A stretch of DNA of 64,000 nt, taken from the NCBI GenBank assembly GCA_026003475.1, contig BPHJ01000001.1, positions 613,189 through 677,188 of the forward strand. Direction: 5' to 3'. This DNA comes from Candidatus Kapaibacterium sp. (GTDB lineage Bacteria > Bacteroidota > Ignavibacteria > Kapaibacteriales > NICIL-2). A program made the translations under genes and the position numbers. Of this stretch, positions 1-8,671 are shown piece by piece. Position 1 is the stretch's first letter; the number at the start of each line of letters is the position of its first letter. The notes under the pieces were generated by a model. The model saw only the letters and a program-made list of their open reading frames with translations, had not been told where the DNA came from and searched no databases.

Positions 1-509
1 TGAGTGCTCATGAAGTTTATTGTTTTGCGGATGCGTTTTCCTCCAAGCTGGGGCGTGATATCGTCGAGAACTCTTTTGGCTTGGTTGTCAACAATCCAAT
101 CGCTGGTGTAGTGTAAACGCCAAGAGTAGCCGTTGCATTTGCCCTGACGGTAGCGGATGAACTCCAGTTCTGCCAGGAAGCTGCTGTAGTCGCAGCTCTT
201 GCGTTTAGCACAGCGGGACAGTGCGAGCGCACTTTCGACGAATGTGACACAATCGAATCCATCACTGGTGAAATGGCATTCCTCGGTGAGGGATGAATCA
301 AGTGTTCCTGCTCGGTAGGGTTTGCCAACAAATGTCTGAGCTACCAGTGCATAGAGAATGCTGAAGGGTTTGTCGCGCCAGCCAAGCTTGTCAATGAGAT
401 TGCATTGGGATTGGATGAACACGGAGTCACGATTAGGTGTGGCCAGGGCGACAGAACAGAGCATCAATGAAAGTGTCGCCAACTGCTGCAAGGACCATGA
501 CGATTGCAT
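1..509 (-). CDS. DUF1460 family N-acetylmuramoyl-L-alanine amidase-like protein (NlpC/P60-like), truncated by the left window edge
   Basis: Absent from the ORF track because its stop is outside the window. Manual translation from ATG 509 gives MQSSWSLQQLATLSLMLCSVALA (signal-like)...FVGKPYRAGTLD...FDCVTFVESALA...IRYRQG...RLHYTSDW...INFMST, which are characteristic DUF1460 motifs. Confidence 0.85.
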   Translation of the reverse strand, partial: MQSSWSLQQLATLSLMLCSVALATPNRDSVFIQSQCNLIDKLGWRDKPFSILYALVAQTFVGKPYRAGTLDSSLTEECHFTSDGFDCVTFVESALALSRCAKRKSCDYSSFLAELEFIRYRQGKCNGYSWRLHYTSDWIVDNQAKRVLDDITPQLGGKRIRKTINFMST

Positions 510-601
510 CAATGCGACGGGAAATTGTGGAGTGCTGCGAAAATAATCGAGCAGGGCGCTCGTTTGAGGAGCAGACATTGAGCGTAGCTGTGGTGAAGTG
601 C

Positions 602-1858
602 ATGCGAAAACTTCTTTTCCTCTTGCTGGTATGCATGCTCCAGGTGTCGGCACAGAAGCTGCTGATTCCGATGGATGCGCGCACACAGTCAGATCATCTC
701 AAAGCATACGGCATTGCGTATTGGGTGCTCACACGCGGGCAACCAGTTGATTGGCTCCTCAATTACCGCGGTGGTTCGTTCATGACCGACTACAGCGATG
801 CGATTGCTGCCGAGTGTCGAGTGCGTGGTGTATCCTTCGAAGTTCTCGATGGAGCAGCTGCCGCCTCTATTCTTGCCGACGTGACAAGCGACAATTCCAA
901 TACCGACGCTGTCCGGCTGGAGAAAGCTCCGCGCATCGCCGTCTATGCACCACCGGGCTTTCGTCCGTGGGATGATGCTGTCACGCTTGCTCTCGAGTAT
1001 GCCGAAATCAAGTACGACAAAGTATGGGACGAAGAGGTCCTTGCGGGCAAGCTCGAAGGTTACGATTGGCTACACCTGCACCACGAAGATTTTACTGGAC
1101 AGATCGGCAAGTTCTACTACTCGTTTGCAACAGCACCGTGGTACATTGCCCAAGAACAACTTCTCCGCACGACCGCACAGAAACTGGGGTTCAACAGCAT
1201 TCGCGAACTCAAGCTGGCGGTAGTCAATAAAATTCGTGAGTTTGTCGCCGGTGGGGGATTCATGTTCGCCATGTGTACGGCCACCGATACCTACGATATC
1301 GCCCAAGCTGCCCACGCAACCGATATTGTACCCGCGCTCTTCGACGGTACTCCCGTGGATCCAAATTGCCAAAGCAAGCTTGATTACGGCCGCTGTTTTG
1401 CGTTCGAGAATTTTCATGTGATCACCGATCCTGCCATCGTTGAATTCTCCGATATAGACGTTGACCCGATGATCCTCCTCCCCAACCAAGCTGCCGACTA
1501 CTTCACGCTCTTCGAGTTCTCTGCCAAATATGATCCCGTCCCGACAATGCTGACGCAATGCCATGTCAACGTCATCAAAAATTTTTTAGGGCAGACAACC
1601 TACTTCCGCAAACAGTTCATCAAAAAATCGGTCACTATTCTTGCTGAACGGGATGGGACCGACTTTGCCAAGTATATTCATGGTAATTTCGGCCGGGGTA
1701 CGTTCACGTTCTATGCAGGGCATGACCCCGAAGATTATCAGCATGCCGTGGGCGATCCACCGACGGATCTATCGCTCCACAAAAATTCTCCTGGCTACCG
1801 CCTCATTCTGAACAACGTACTCTTCCCGGCTGCTCACAAGAAGAAGCAGAAAACCTAA
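602..1858 (+). CDS. Conserved exported protein with a class I glutamine amidotransferase-like domain (family often labelled 'asparagine synthetase B' in Bacteroidota)
   Basis: Signal peptide MRKLLFLLLVCMLQVSAQ; motifs LLIPMD, HLKAYG, WLLNYRGGSF, WLHLHHEDFTGQ, FAMCTATD, GHDPEDYQH, NSPGYRLILNNVLFPAA. Start set at ATG 602 (track start 437). Confidence 0.75.
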   Translation: MRKLLFLLLVCMLQVSAQKLLIPMDARTQSDHLKAYGIAYWVLTRGQPVDWLLNYRGGSFMTDYSDAIAAECRVRGVSFEVLDGAAAASILADVTSDNSNTDAVRLEKAPRIAVYAPPGFRPWDDAVTLALEYAEIKYDKVWDEEVLAGKLEGYDWLHLHHEDFTGQIGKFYYSFATAPWYIAQEQLLRTTAQKLGFNSIRELKLAVVNKIREFVAGGGFMFAMCTATDTYDIAQAAHATDIVPALFDGTPVDPNCQSKLDYGRCFAFENFHVITDPAIVEFSDIDVDPMILLPNQAADYFTLFEFSAKYDPVPTMLTQCHVNVIKNFLGQTTYFRKQFIKKSVTILAERDGTDFAKYIHGNFGRGTFTFYAGHDPEDYQHAVGDPPTDLSLHKNSPGYRLILNNVLFPAAHKKKQKT

Positions 1859-1908
1859 TCGCACGCAAGCTATGATGCGCCTCTGCTGATGATGGAATGC
1901 AAATGCGC

Positions 1909-2445
1909 CTACGGGCTACCGTCGCTTGGCTCTTTGGGTTTGGTCAACAATTGACGCAAGCGGTCCATCATTTGCCGCTCGAGAATACCGTTTGCATTCC
2001 ATGCATGCGATAAATGGGTGACGTAGGCTTCATATCCGCTCAGCTCTGCAGTGAGGACAACTTGCACCTTCCTGTCTGGGAGATCGCGTAGGCTGAAGTT
2101 GTACTGAATGCGTCCGGATGTCCAAACACCACCCCGAATAATCGGGACACGCCCGTAACGCTTGAGGACGTCGTAGGTGCTGTCTTCTCCTGATGCGAGC
2201 ACGCAGGGGGCAGACCGAATGTTGCCACGGTACATTTCCGTCTGCTCATCGAAGGATTGCTTTTCGCTTTCGATGCCGCAATGTTGTTCCTCGATCAGTT
2301 GCTTTACTGCTCGCCAAACGATCGGGAACGGGCGTGCAAACGTATCCCGCAGAACGACAAGCGAATCTTGCTTCTGTGCTGGTAGTGGTAGGGTGCACAG
2401 GACTAAACTGAATATGCCAATAGCAATGATTGCACTGCGTATCAT
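1909..2445 (-). CDS. Hypothetical exported protein, translationally coupled to smc
   Basis: 178 aa ORF with a Sec-type N-terminus ending LPAQ; 4-bp overlap with the smc stop. Confidence 0.7.
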   Translation of the reverse strand: MIRSAIIAIGIFSLVLCTLPLPAQKQDSLVVLRDTFARPFPIVWRAVKQLIEEQHCGIESEKQSFDEQTEMYRGNIRSAPCVLASGEDSTYDVLKRYGRVPIIRGGVWTSGRIQYNFSLRDLPDRKVQVVLTAELSGYEAYVTHLSHAWNANGILERQMMDRLRQLLTKPKEPSDGSP

Positions 2446-5400
2446 ACGATGGGCTCGGTTGGTGAAACAGGTTCTGGATCGGTAAGACGAACGGAAACGA
2501 TTTTCGATACGCCAGGCTCCTGCATTGTAACGCCGTAGAGCACGTCGGCAGCTTCCATTGTCCGCTTGTTGTGGGTGATGAGCAAGAATTGGGTCGTCTG
2601 ACTAAACTGCCGGATGAGCCGGAGGTAGCGATCAATATTCGCATCGTCGAGTGGGGCATCCACTTCGTCGAGAATACAGAAGGGTGAGGGCTTGACCAGG
2701 TATATCGCGAAGAGCAGTGCAATCGCGGTGAGGGTTTTTTCTCCGCCGGAGAGCATCTCGATGGTCAGCGGACGCTTTCCCTTGGGTCGGGCAACGATGT
2801 TGATCCGCGCTTCGAGCGGGTCATCGCCATCCATGACCAGGTCCGCTTCGCCATCGCCTTGGAACAGCAACGCAAACAGCTCCTTGAAATGCTTTCGAAT
2901 TGCCTCGAGGGTGCTCAGAAAACGCTCTCCTGCCGTTGCATTGATTTCTGCAATCGTATTCCGCAGATTCGTTTCGGAAGATTGCAAGTCACGGTATTGT
3001 TTTTCGAGCTCTTCCAGCCGCTGGCGCTCTTGGGTGTACTGTTCGAGTGCGGAGAAGTTGATTGCTCCCAGCGATGCGATCTGTGCTTCAAGTTTCCCAA
3101 TTACTGCATCGAGTTCCTCGGTTGGCATATCGTTCTGCGGTGAGAGGGAGGATAGCTCGCACTGGTAGTTGTTGTGTGCGTGCTCGATCAATTGCCCACG
3201 GAGAAGCTGAAAACGCTCCTGTTCGATCTGAAGTTCATGTCGTCGGGATGTCAATTGCTCAAGCTCAGCTCGCATGGTTGCGATGTGATGATGGGTCGAG
3301 GAGAGCTCGGCTCGACGGTCTGCCAACCGGGATTCTAACGCCCGCCGCTGTGAGCGGATGTCGTCGAGCGTTGCTTGGAGCTGAGTTCGCTCGGTCGTTG
3401 TGGTCGCAAGTTCGGATTCGAGTTGCATGCGAAGGGCTCGGACTTGTTCTTGTTCGGCAAGTGTGGATTGGTCATTGCTATCGAGAGTGGTGCGTTCAGC
3501 TTCAGTGCGGGCAATGGATTCGTGAACAGACTCGATGCGAGCGCGAAGTCTGATCGAATCCAATTGGTGAGTGTGGAGCTGCTCTTCGAGCGCAGTAACG
3601 TGTGTCTCGTGGGTACGGTAGGCGTCGGCAAGGTCCCGTTGCTGGCGGAGGAGATCAGCGCGCTGACGATCGCAGAGACGAAGCTGCTCGTCGAGTGCAG
3701 CATCATCGGCTGCAAGGGCAGTAAGTTCCTCGGTGATCGCTTTTCGTTCTGCTTCGAATTGTTGCAAATCGCGTTGAAGCTGCTCGTAGCGGAGGGCTAA
3801 CTGTTCAATGATGCGTCCCTGCTCATGGAACTGTCGCTCGGTGGTGCGAATGCGTTCGATAAGTTCCTCGATGGCGAGAGTGTCGCGTTCATCGAGTGCC
3901 GCACGGAGCTCGTCTGCCAGGGTAGAACGTTCGTTGTCGAGCCGTGCCAGTTCTTGCTCAACAGCGCTGATACGTTGTGCCCGCCCGATGCTATAGCCTT
4001 CGGTTTGCAACGGCTGACCGATGCGGAGCAAACCCGAACGGTAGCGGAACTGGCCGATTTCATCCACGACAGCGGTAACCAGAGGCTGTTGCTCGAAGAG
4101 TGTGTCGGCATCCTCGAGCGAGCGGCATGTCGCAACGCCGCTGAGTACGCCACGAAGAAAGCTTGCAAGAGGTTCGTCACACTCGATGAGGCTGCTCAAC
4201 CATACGCTGCTAAGGGATTTCGGCAGTGGCGGTGGCGGTGGAATCGAGGGGATGAGTTCCTTGCAGATGAGATGGACTTTCCCGCGATGATTTTGAGACA
4301 GCCAACCAGCGACAGCAGCCACATCGGAGCGTGATTCGACGACAACGTACCACTGCATTCCACGCAGTGCTGCTTCCAGCGCTATTGCCCATTTGTCGGG
4401 GATAGTGACGACATCACCAAGAAAGACGACTGAGGTTAGCGGAAAGTCGTCGTCGGTCTGGATTTCAAGCTGTTCCTGCTCGATGATGCTCGCAAGGAGT
4501 GTATGCTGAGCCCGGTAGTGTGCGTATTCTTCGTTGAGTTGCTCGCGGCGACGTCGGAGATGCTCAATTGTGCTCTCCAATTGATCACGTCGGGCTGTCG
4601 CTGTCGCAAGCTGCTGCTCAAGCTGTGCAAGCGTCTGGCCGAGCGATGCGGCAGCTTGACGGTGGTGCTGTTGTTGACGGTCCAGTTCGGCTAATGCCGC
4701 GGTGATTCGGTCTAGTTGCGAGGTTAGTGCCTGAACGCGCTCGTGATGCTGTTCGACGGTTCCTCGGAGCTGGGAACGAAGCAGTCCAATTCGCTCGCGC
4801 TCCCGTTCGAGCCTGTGGAGTGGCTCGTTGAATTGCTCAAGGTTGTGGCGCAGCTCAGCAAGTGTGGCACGTGCCTGTTCAAGTTCGTTCTGTGCGCGAT
4901 CGCGATTTGCGTCAAGCTCGGCTTGTTCCTGGAGGAGTTGAGCAAGCAGGGCGTGGAGTTTGTCAAGTTCTTCCTCGATGGTATCGCGCTTGGTTGAACG
5001 GGTGTAGGCATCGTTGATAAGCGATTCGAGCGTTGCAGTCGTTGAAGTAAGACGTTCGGTTAGCACTGCAGCTTGTTGCGTAACCGTTGCCAGTTGGGTG
5101 GCTACCTGCTGCTCGGTTTCATAGAGTTGTTGGCGCTGCTGCTCGAGTGCTTCAATGTCTTCGGTCAAGGTGTGGAGCAAGGTATCCGCTTGGTTGAGCT
5201 GAGCGGTCAGGTGCGCATGCTGGTTGTTGAGCTGCTGATGGTGTGTGGCCAGTTCTTCCAATCGGTGCGTGTAGTGCAGGTATGTACGGCGGTGACGCTC
5301 AAGTTCGAGGGTGCGGAGTTCATCGGTAAGGGCGCGATAGCGTTCAGCACGCTCTGCCTGACGTTTGAGTGCACCGACCGTCCGCCGGACTTCGGTGATG

Positions 5401-5981
5401 TGGTCGAGGACACGTTCGACGTCGGAGCGTGTGGCGTCCAGCTTTGCCAGCGCTTCTTTTCGGCGTTGTTTGTACTTGACGATGCCGGCAGCTTCTTCGA
5501 ACAGGTGGCGTCGCTCGTCGGAATGATCCTCGAGGATTTGTTCGACCATCTTGAGCTCGATGACCGAGTAGGCATCGGCACCCATTCCCGTATCGGTGAA
5601 CATGTCAACAATGTCTTTGCGACGGCAAAGGCTGCCGTTGAGCAGATACTGGCTTTCACCATCGCGATACAGCCGACGCGTGATGACAACTTGTGAAAAT
5701 TCAGCCGGGAGGATTTTTTTTGTGTTTTCGATTGTGATGGATACCTCGGCCATACCGACCGGCTTCCGCGTGCGCGTGCCGTTGAAGATGACCTGGCTCA
5801 TTCCATCGGTGCGGAGAAGGGAGGTCTTCTGTTCACCAAGAACCCAGCGGATTGCATCAACGATATTGGTTTTGCCGCTACCGTTTGGCCCGACGATCGC
5901 TGTCAGCCCATCGCTGAACTCGATGGTTGTCCGATCGGCAAATGATTTGAATCCGTGCAGTTCGATGCGTGATAGGTACAT
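2442..5981 (-). CDS. smc: Chromosome segregation protein SMC
   Basis: GFKSF, Walker A GPNGSGKT, long coiled coils with a hinge, signature LSGGE, Walker B/D-loop CILDEVDAPLD, ITHNKRTM; 1179 aa. Confidence 0.97.
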   Translation of the reverse strand: MYLSRIELHGFKSFADRTTIEFSDGLTAIVGPNGSGKTNIVDAIRWVLGEQKTSLLRTDGMSQVIFNGTRTRKPVGMAEVSITIENTKKILPAEFSQVVITRRLYRDGESQYLLNGSLCRRKDIVDMFTDTGMGADAYSVIELKMVEQILEDHSDERRHLFEEAAGIVKYKQRRKEALAKLDATRSDVERVLDHITEVRRTVGALKRQAERAERYRALTDELRTLELERHRRTYLHYTHRLEELATHHQQLNNQHAHLTAQLNQADTLLHTLTEDIEALEQQRQQLYETEQQVATQLATVTQQAAVLTERLTSTTATLESLINDAYTRSTKRDTIEEELDKLHALLAQLLQEQAELDANRDRAQNELEQARATLAELRHNLEQFNEPLHRLERERERIGLLRSQLRGTVEQHHERVQALTSQLDRITAALAELDRQQQHHRQAAASLGQTLAQLEQQLATATARRDQLESTIEHLRRRREQLNEEYAHYRAQHTLLASIIEQEQLEIQTDDDFPLTSVVFLGDVVTIPDKWAIALEAALRGMQWYVVVESRSDVAAVAGWLSQNHRGKVHLICKELIPSIPPPPPLPKSLSSVWLSSLIECDEPLASFLRGVLSGVATCRSLEDADTLFEQQPLVTAVVDEIGQFRYRSGLLRIGQPLQTEGYSIGRAQRISAVEQELARLDNERSTLADELRAALDERDTLAIEELIERIRTTERQFHEQGRIIEQLALRYEQLQRDLQQFEAERKAITEELTALAADDAALDEQLRLCDRQRADLLRQQRDLADAYRTHETHVTALEEQLHTHQLDSIRLRARIESVHESIARTEAERTTLDSNDQSTLAEQEQVRALRMQLESELATTTTERTQLQATLDDIRSQRRALESRLADRRAELSSTHHHIATMRAELEQLTSRRHELQIEQERFQLLRGQLIEHAHNNYQCELSSLSPQNDMPTEELDAVIGKLEAQIASLGAINFSALEQYTQERQRLEELEKQYRDLQSSETNLRNTIAEINATAGERFLSTLEAIRKHFKELFALLFQGDGEADLVMDGDDPLEARINIVARPKGKRPLTIEMLSGGEKTLTAIALLFAIYLVKPSPFCILDEVDAPLDDANIDRYLRLIRQFSQTTQFLLITHNKRTMEAADVLYGVTMQEPGVSKIVSVRLTDPEPVSPTEPIV

Positions 5982-6099
5982 GCTCTGAAGCTTTTCGATG
6001 AGAACGTTACCGGTAGCGGCAATTTACGAAGCGCCAGAAACGGATGGTCTCAATGATAAAATTTTGAGTATATTGTAAAATAATTTGATGGTGTTGTCG

Positions 6100-6107
6100 T
6101 ATTTTTG
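6100..6107 (+). promoter_or_regulatory. Bacteroidota-type -7 promoter element (TAnnTTTG) of the nos operon
   Basis: TATTTTTG lies 34 nt upstream of ATG 6142, inside an AT-rich intergenic region. Confidence 0.6.
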
Positions 6108-6141
6108 TCATGGATTGTTTGTCCTTTGTTTGGATACACTA

Positions 6142-6585
6142 ATGAAAAGCATGGTGTGGTTTGTGGCAATCGCTGTTACCCTGATAGTCGGTGGTTGTAG
6201 TACAAAGAGTGAGGATGCTCATGAGTCCGCAAAGGCAGCCACGGTGAGTGAAGTTGGGGTGGGGCCAATTCAGCGGGTTGAACTTGGAGCACTCGACGTT
6301 GCACTTGCCAAGAAAGGAGCCGTGATATTCGAGCAGAAGTGTTCAGCCTGCCACAAACTCGATTCACGGTACGTCGGACCAGCTCTCCAAGGGGTCACCC
6401 AGCGACGCAAACCGGAGTGGATCATGAACATGATTCTGAATCCAGCAGAGATGCTGGAGAAAGATCCAACTGCAAAGGAACTGTTAGCTACCTATCTGAC
6501 GCCGATGACTTTCCAAAACGTTAGTCACGACCAGGCACGCGCTCTGCTTGAATATTTCCGTCAAGTGGATGGCGCTGTGCATTGA
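6142..6585 (+). CDS. Monoheme c-type cytochrome lipoprotein of the nos cluster
   Basis: Lipobox-like IVGGC; CSACH heme motif; GPAL..VT.RR.PEWIMNMILNP motif and a distal Met; directly upstream of nosZ. Confidence 0.9.
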   Translation: MKSMVWFVAIAVTLIVGGCSTKSEDAHESAKAATVSEVGVGPIQRVELGALDVALAKKGAVIFEQKCSACHKLDSRYVGPALQGVTQRRKPEWIMNMILNPAEMLEKDPTAKELLATYLTPMTFQNVSHDQARALLEYFRQVDGAVH

Positions 6586-6611
6586 ATGTTACACACACTG
6601 TGGAGGAAGCT

Positions 6612-8573
6612 ATGAAGTGGTCCCAGTTGCTTACGATTGTGGTCGCAGCGGCAATCGTGAGCGTAACAGTCCAAAGCTGCAAGAATGGTGGATCGGCCAC
6701 AGCGTTTGCAGGCGATGATGCGGCAAAAGCTGTTTACGTGCAGCCTGGCAAGCACGACGAATTCTACCTGTTCACATCCGGTGGGTTTAGTGGTCATGTT
6801 GGTGTCTATGGCTTACCCTCTGGGCGCTTGTTTCGGGTGATTCCAGTCTTCAGTGTTGATGCTGAAAGAGGCTATGGTTTCACCGAGGAGACCAAACCGA
6901 TGCTCCAAACATCCTATGGATTCATTCCATGGGATGATGCCCATCACCCCGAACTCTCGATGACCGACGGGAAGCCGGACGGACGGTGGCTGTTCATCAA
7001 CGCAAATAACACACCGCGCATTGCACGGATTGATCTCCGCACGTTCCGCACTGCAGAAATCATCGAAATTCCCAACAGTGGTGGTAATCACTCATCGCCC
7101 TTCTGCACCGAGAATACTGAGTACGTCGTTGCAGGAACACGCTTCAGCGTACCGCCAGGTGGACAAGACGTTCCGATTGCCTCGTATAAAGAACATTTCA
7201 AGGGCATGCTCTCGTTCGTCCGAGTCGAGCCGACAAGTGGAAAGATGGAACTTGCATTCCAGATTCAAGCGCCACCGTTTGACTGGGATTTGAGTCATTC
7301 CGGGAAAGGACCGTCGCGCGAATGGTCATTTTTCTCTTGCTATAACTCCGAACAAGCAACCACGCTGCTGGAGGTCAATGCCAGTCAGAAGGACAAGGAC
7401 TTTATCCTTGCGGTCAATTGGAAAAAAGCAGAAGAGTATGCTAAGCAAGGCAAGGGCAAGCGGATGAAGGCAACTTACTACACCAACCGCTACGATGAGT
7501 CCACGCACACTGCCACGAGCACTGTCAACAATGAGGTCACCGTCCTCGATCCGAAGGATTGCCCTGGGATGATGTATTTGATGCCATGTCCGAAATCGCC
7601 ACATGGCGTGGATATTGATCCAACTGGTGAATACATTGTTGGTGGAGGAAAACTTGCAACGGTGATCCCAGTGTATTCGTTTTCGAAGATGCAACGCGCC
7701 ATCGCCGACAATGCTTTCGAAGGAGAGATAGCTGGTATCCCAGTCATCAAGTACGAAGCATGTATCGCTGGCGAGGTGCAGAAACCGGGGCTTGGTCCGC
7801 TCCATACCGAGTTCGATGGCAAGGGGTACGCCTATACCTCGATGTTCATCTCATCGGAGATCGTCAAGTGGAAGCTTGGTACGTGGGAAGTTGTTGACCG
7901 GGTGCCGACGTATTATTCGATTGGACACTTGTGTATTCCCGGTGGCGATAGTAAGCAGCCGTGGGGTAAGTACGTTATCGCGCTTAACAAGATCACAAAA
8001 GATCGCTACTTGCCCACTGGACCTGAGCTGACACAATCAGCACAGCTCTACAGCATCGAAGGTGATAAAATGAGGCTGCTTCTCGATTTCCCGACGGTCG
8101 GCGAGCCGCACTATGCACAAGCATGTCCAGCAGAACTGCTCGAGAAAAATGTAGTTCGCACTTTCAAGCTGGACGAAAACAAACATCCATACGCTGTGAA
8201 AGCGGAAAAGGAGACACGGGTTGAGCGAAAAGGCAACCAAGTGCACATCTACATGACGATGATTCGGTCGCATTTTATGCCCGACAATATCGAGGGAATA
8301 AAGGTTGGCGATGAGGTGTACTTCCACGTGACGAATCTCGAGCAAGATTGGGACATCCCCCACGGATTTGCTGTCCTGGGCGCTCAAAATGCTGAAATGC
8401 TCATCATGCCGGGTGAAACGCAGACGCTCAAGTGGGTCCCAACGCGAGCGGGGGTGTATCCATTCTACTGCACAGATTTCTGTTCAGCGCTCCATCAAGA
8501 GATGCAGGGATACGTGCGTGTTTCTGCATCGAGTTCGTCGGTTCCGATTAGCTATGGTAGTGGTACCAAGTAA
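6612..8573 (+). CDS. nosZ: Sec-dependent (clade II) nitrous-oxide reductase
   Basis: CuZ histidine motifs DAHHPE, GNHSS, PHGVD, GPLHT, IGHL, EPHY; CuA motif HGF...CTDFCSALHQEM; no twin-arginine motif; signal ends VQSC; GGAGGA precedes ATG 6612; no C-terminal heme c domain. Confidence 0.97.
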   Translation: MKWSQLLTIVVAAAIVSVTVQSCKNGGSATAFAGDDAAKAVYVQPGKHDEFYLFTSGGFSGHVGVYGLPSGRLFRVIPVFSVDAERGYGFTEETKPMLQTSYGFIPWDDAHHPELSMTDGKPDGRWLFINANNTPRIARIDLRTFRTAEIIEIPNSGGNHSSPFCTENTEYVVAGTRFSVPPGGQDVPIASYKEHFKGMLSFVRVEPTSGKMELAFQIQAPPFDWDLSHSGKGPSREWSFFSCYNSEQATTLLEVNASQKDKDFILAVNWKKAEEYAKQGKGKRMKATYYTNRYDESTHTATSTVNNEVTVLDPKDCPGMMYLMPCPKSPHGVDIDPTGEYIVGGGKLATVIPVYSFSKMQRAIADNAFEGEIAGIPVIKYEACIAGEVQKPGLGPLHTEFDGKGYAYTSMFISSEIVKWKLGTWEVVDRVPTYYSIGHLCIPGGDSKQPWGKYVIALNKITKDRYLPTGPELTQSAQLYSIEGDKMRLLLDFPTVGEPHYAQACPAELLEKNVVRTFKLDENKHPYAVKAEKETRVERKGNQVHIYMTMIRSHFMPDNIEGIKVGDEVYFHVTNLEQDWDIPHGFAVLGAQNAEMLIMPGETQTLKWVPTRAGVYPFYCTDFCSALHQEMQGYVRVSASSSSVPISYGSGTK

Positions 8574-8605
8574 TCAGCACTGTGTGTTGCGCACCGTCAC
8601 ACATC

Positions 8606-8647
8606 GGGGCAGGGGAGACCGCGTGTTGACCCTGCCCCTTGTTTGTT
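8606..8647 (+). terminator. GC-rich hairpin with T-rich tail after nosZ (intrinsic terminator or mRNA stabiliser)
   Basis: GGGGCAGGG (8606-8614) pairs with CCCTGCCCC (8630-8638), 15-nt loop, followed by TTGTTTGTT. Confidence 0.65.
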
Positions 8648-8671
8648 CGTGAAACTATTGCAACGAATACA

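Noticed and set aside
17..331. 104-aa minus-strand ORF in the track
   Set aside because: Wrong frame; another minus-strand frame (start 509, running off the window) carries clear DUF1460 motifs.
602..1858. Calling this gene asnB
   Set aside because: It has a signal peptide and lacks the N-terminal Cys Ntn domain and the SGGxDS motif of asparagine synthetase B.
6040..6141. FNR/DNR, Rex or Fur box upstream of nos
   Set aside because: Only half-site resemblances (TTGAT without ATCAA; TTGTAAA without a matching second arm); not enough to name a regulator.
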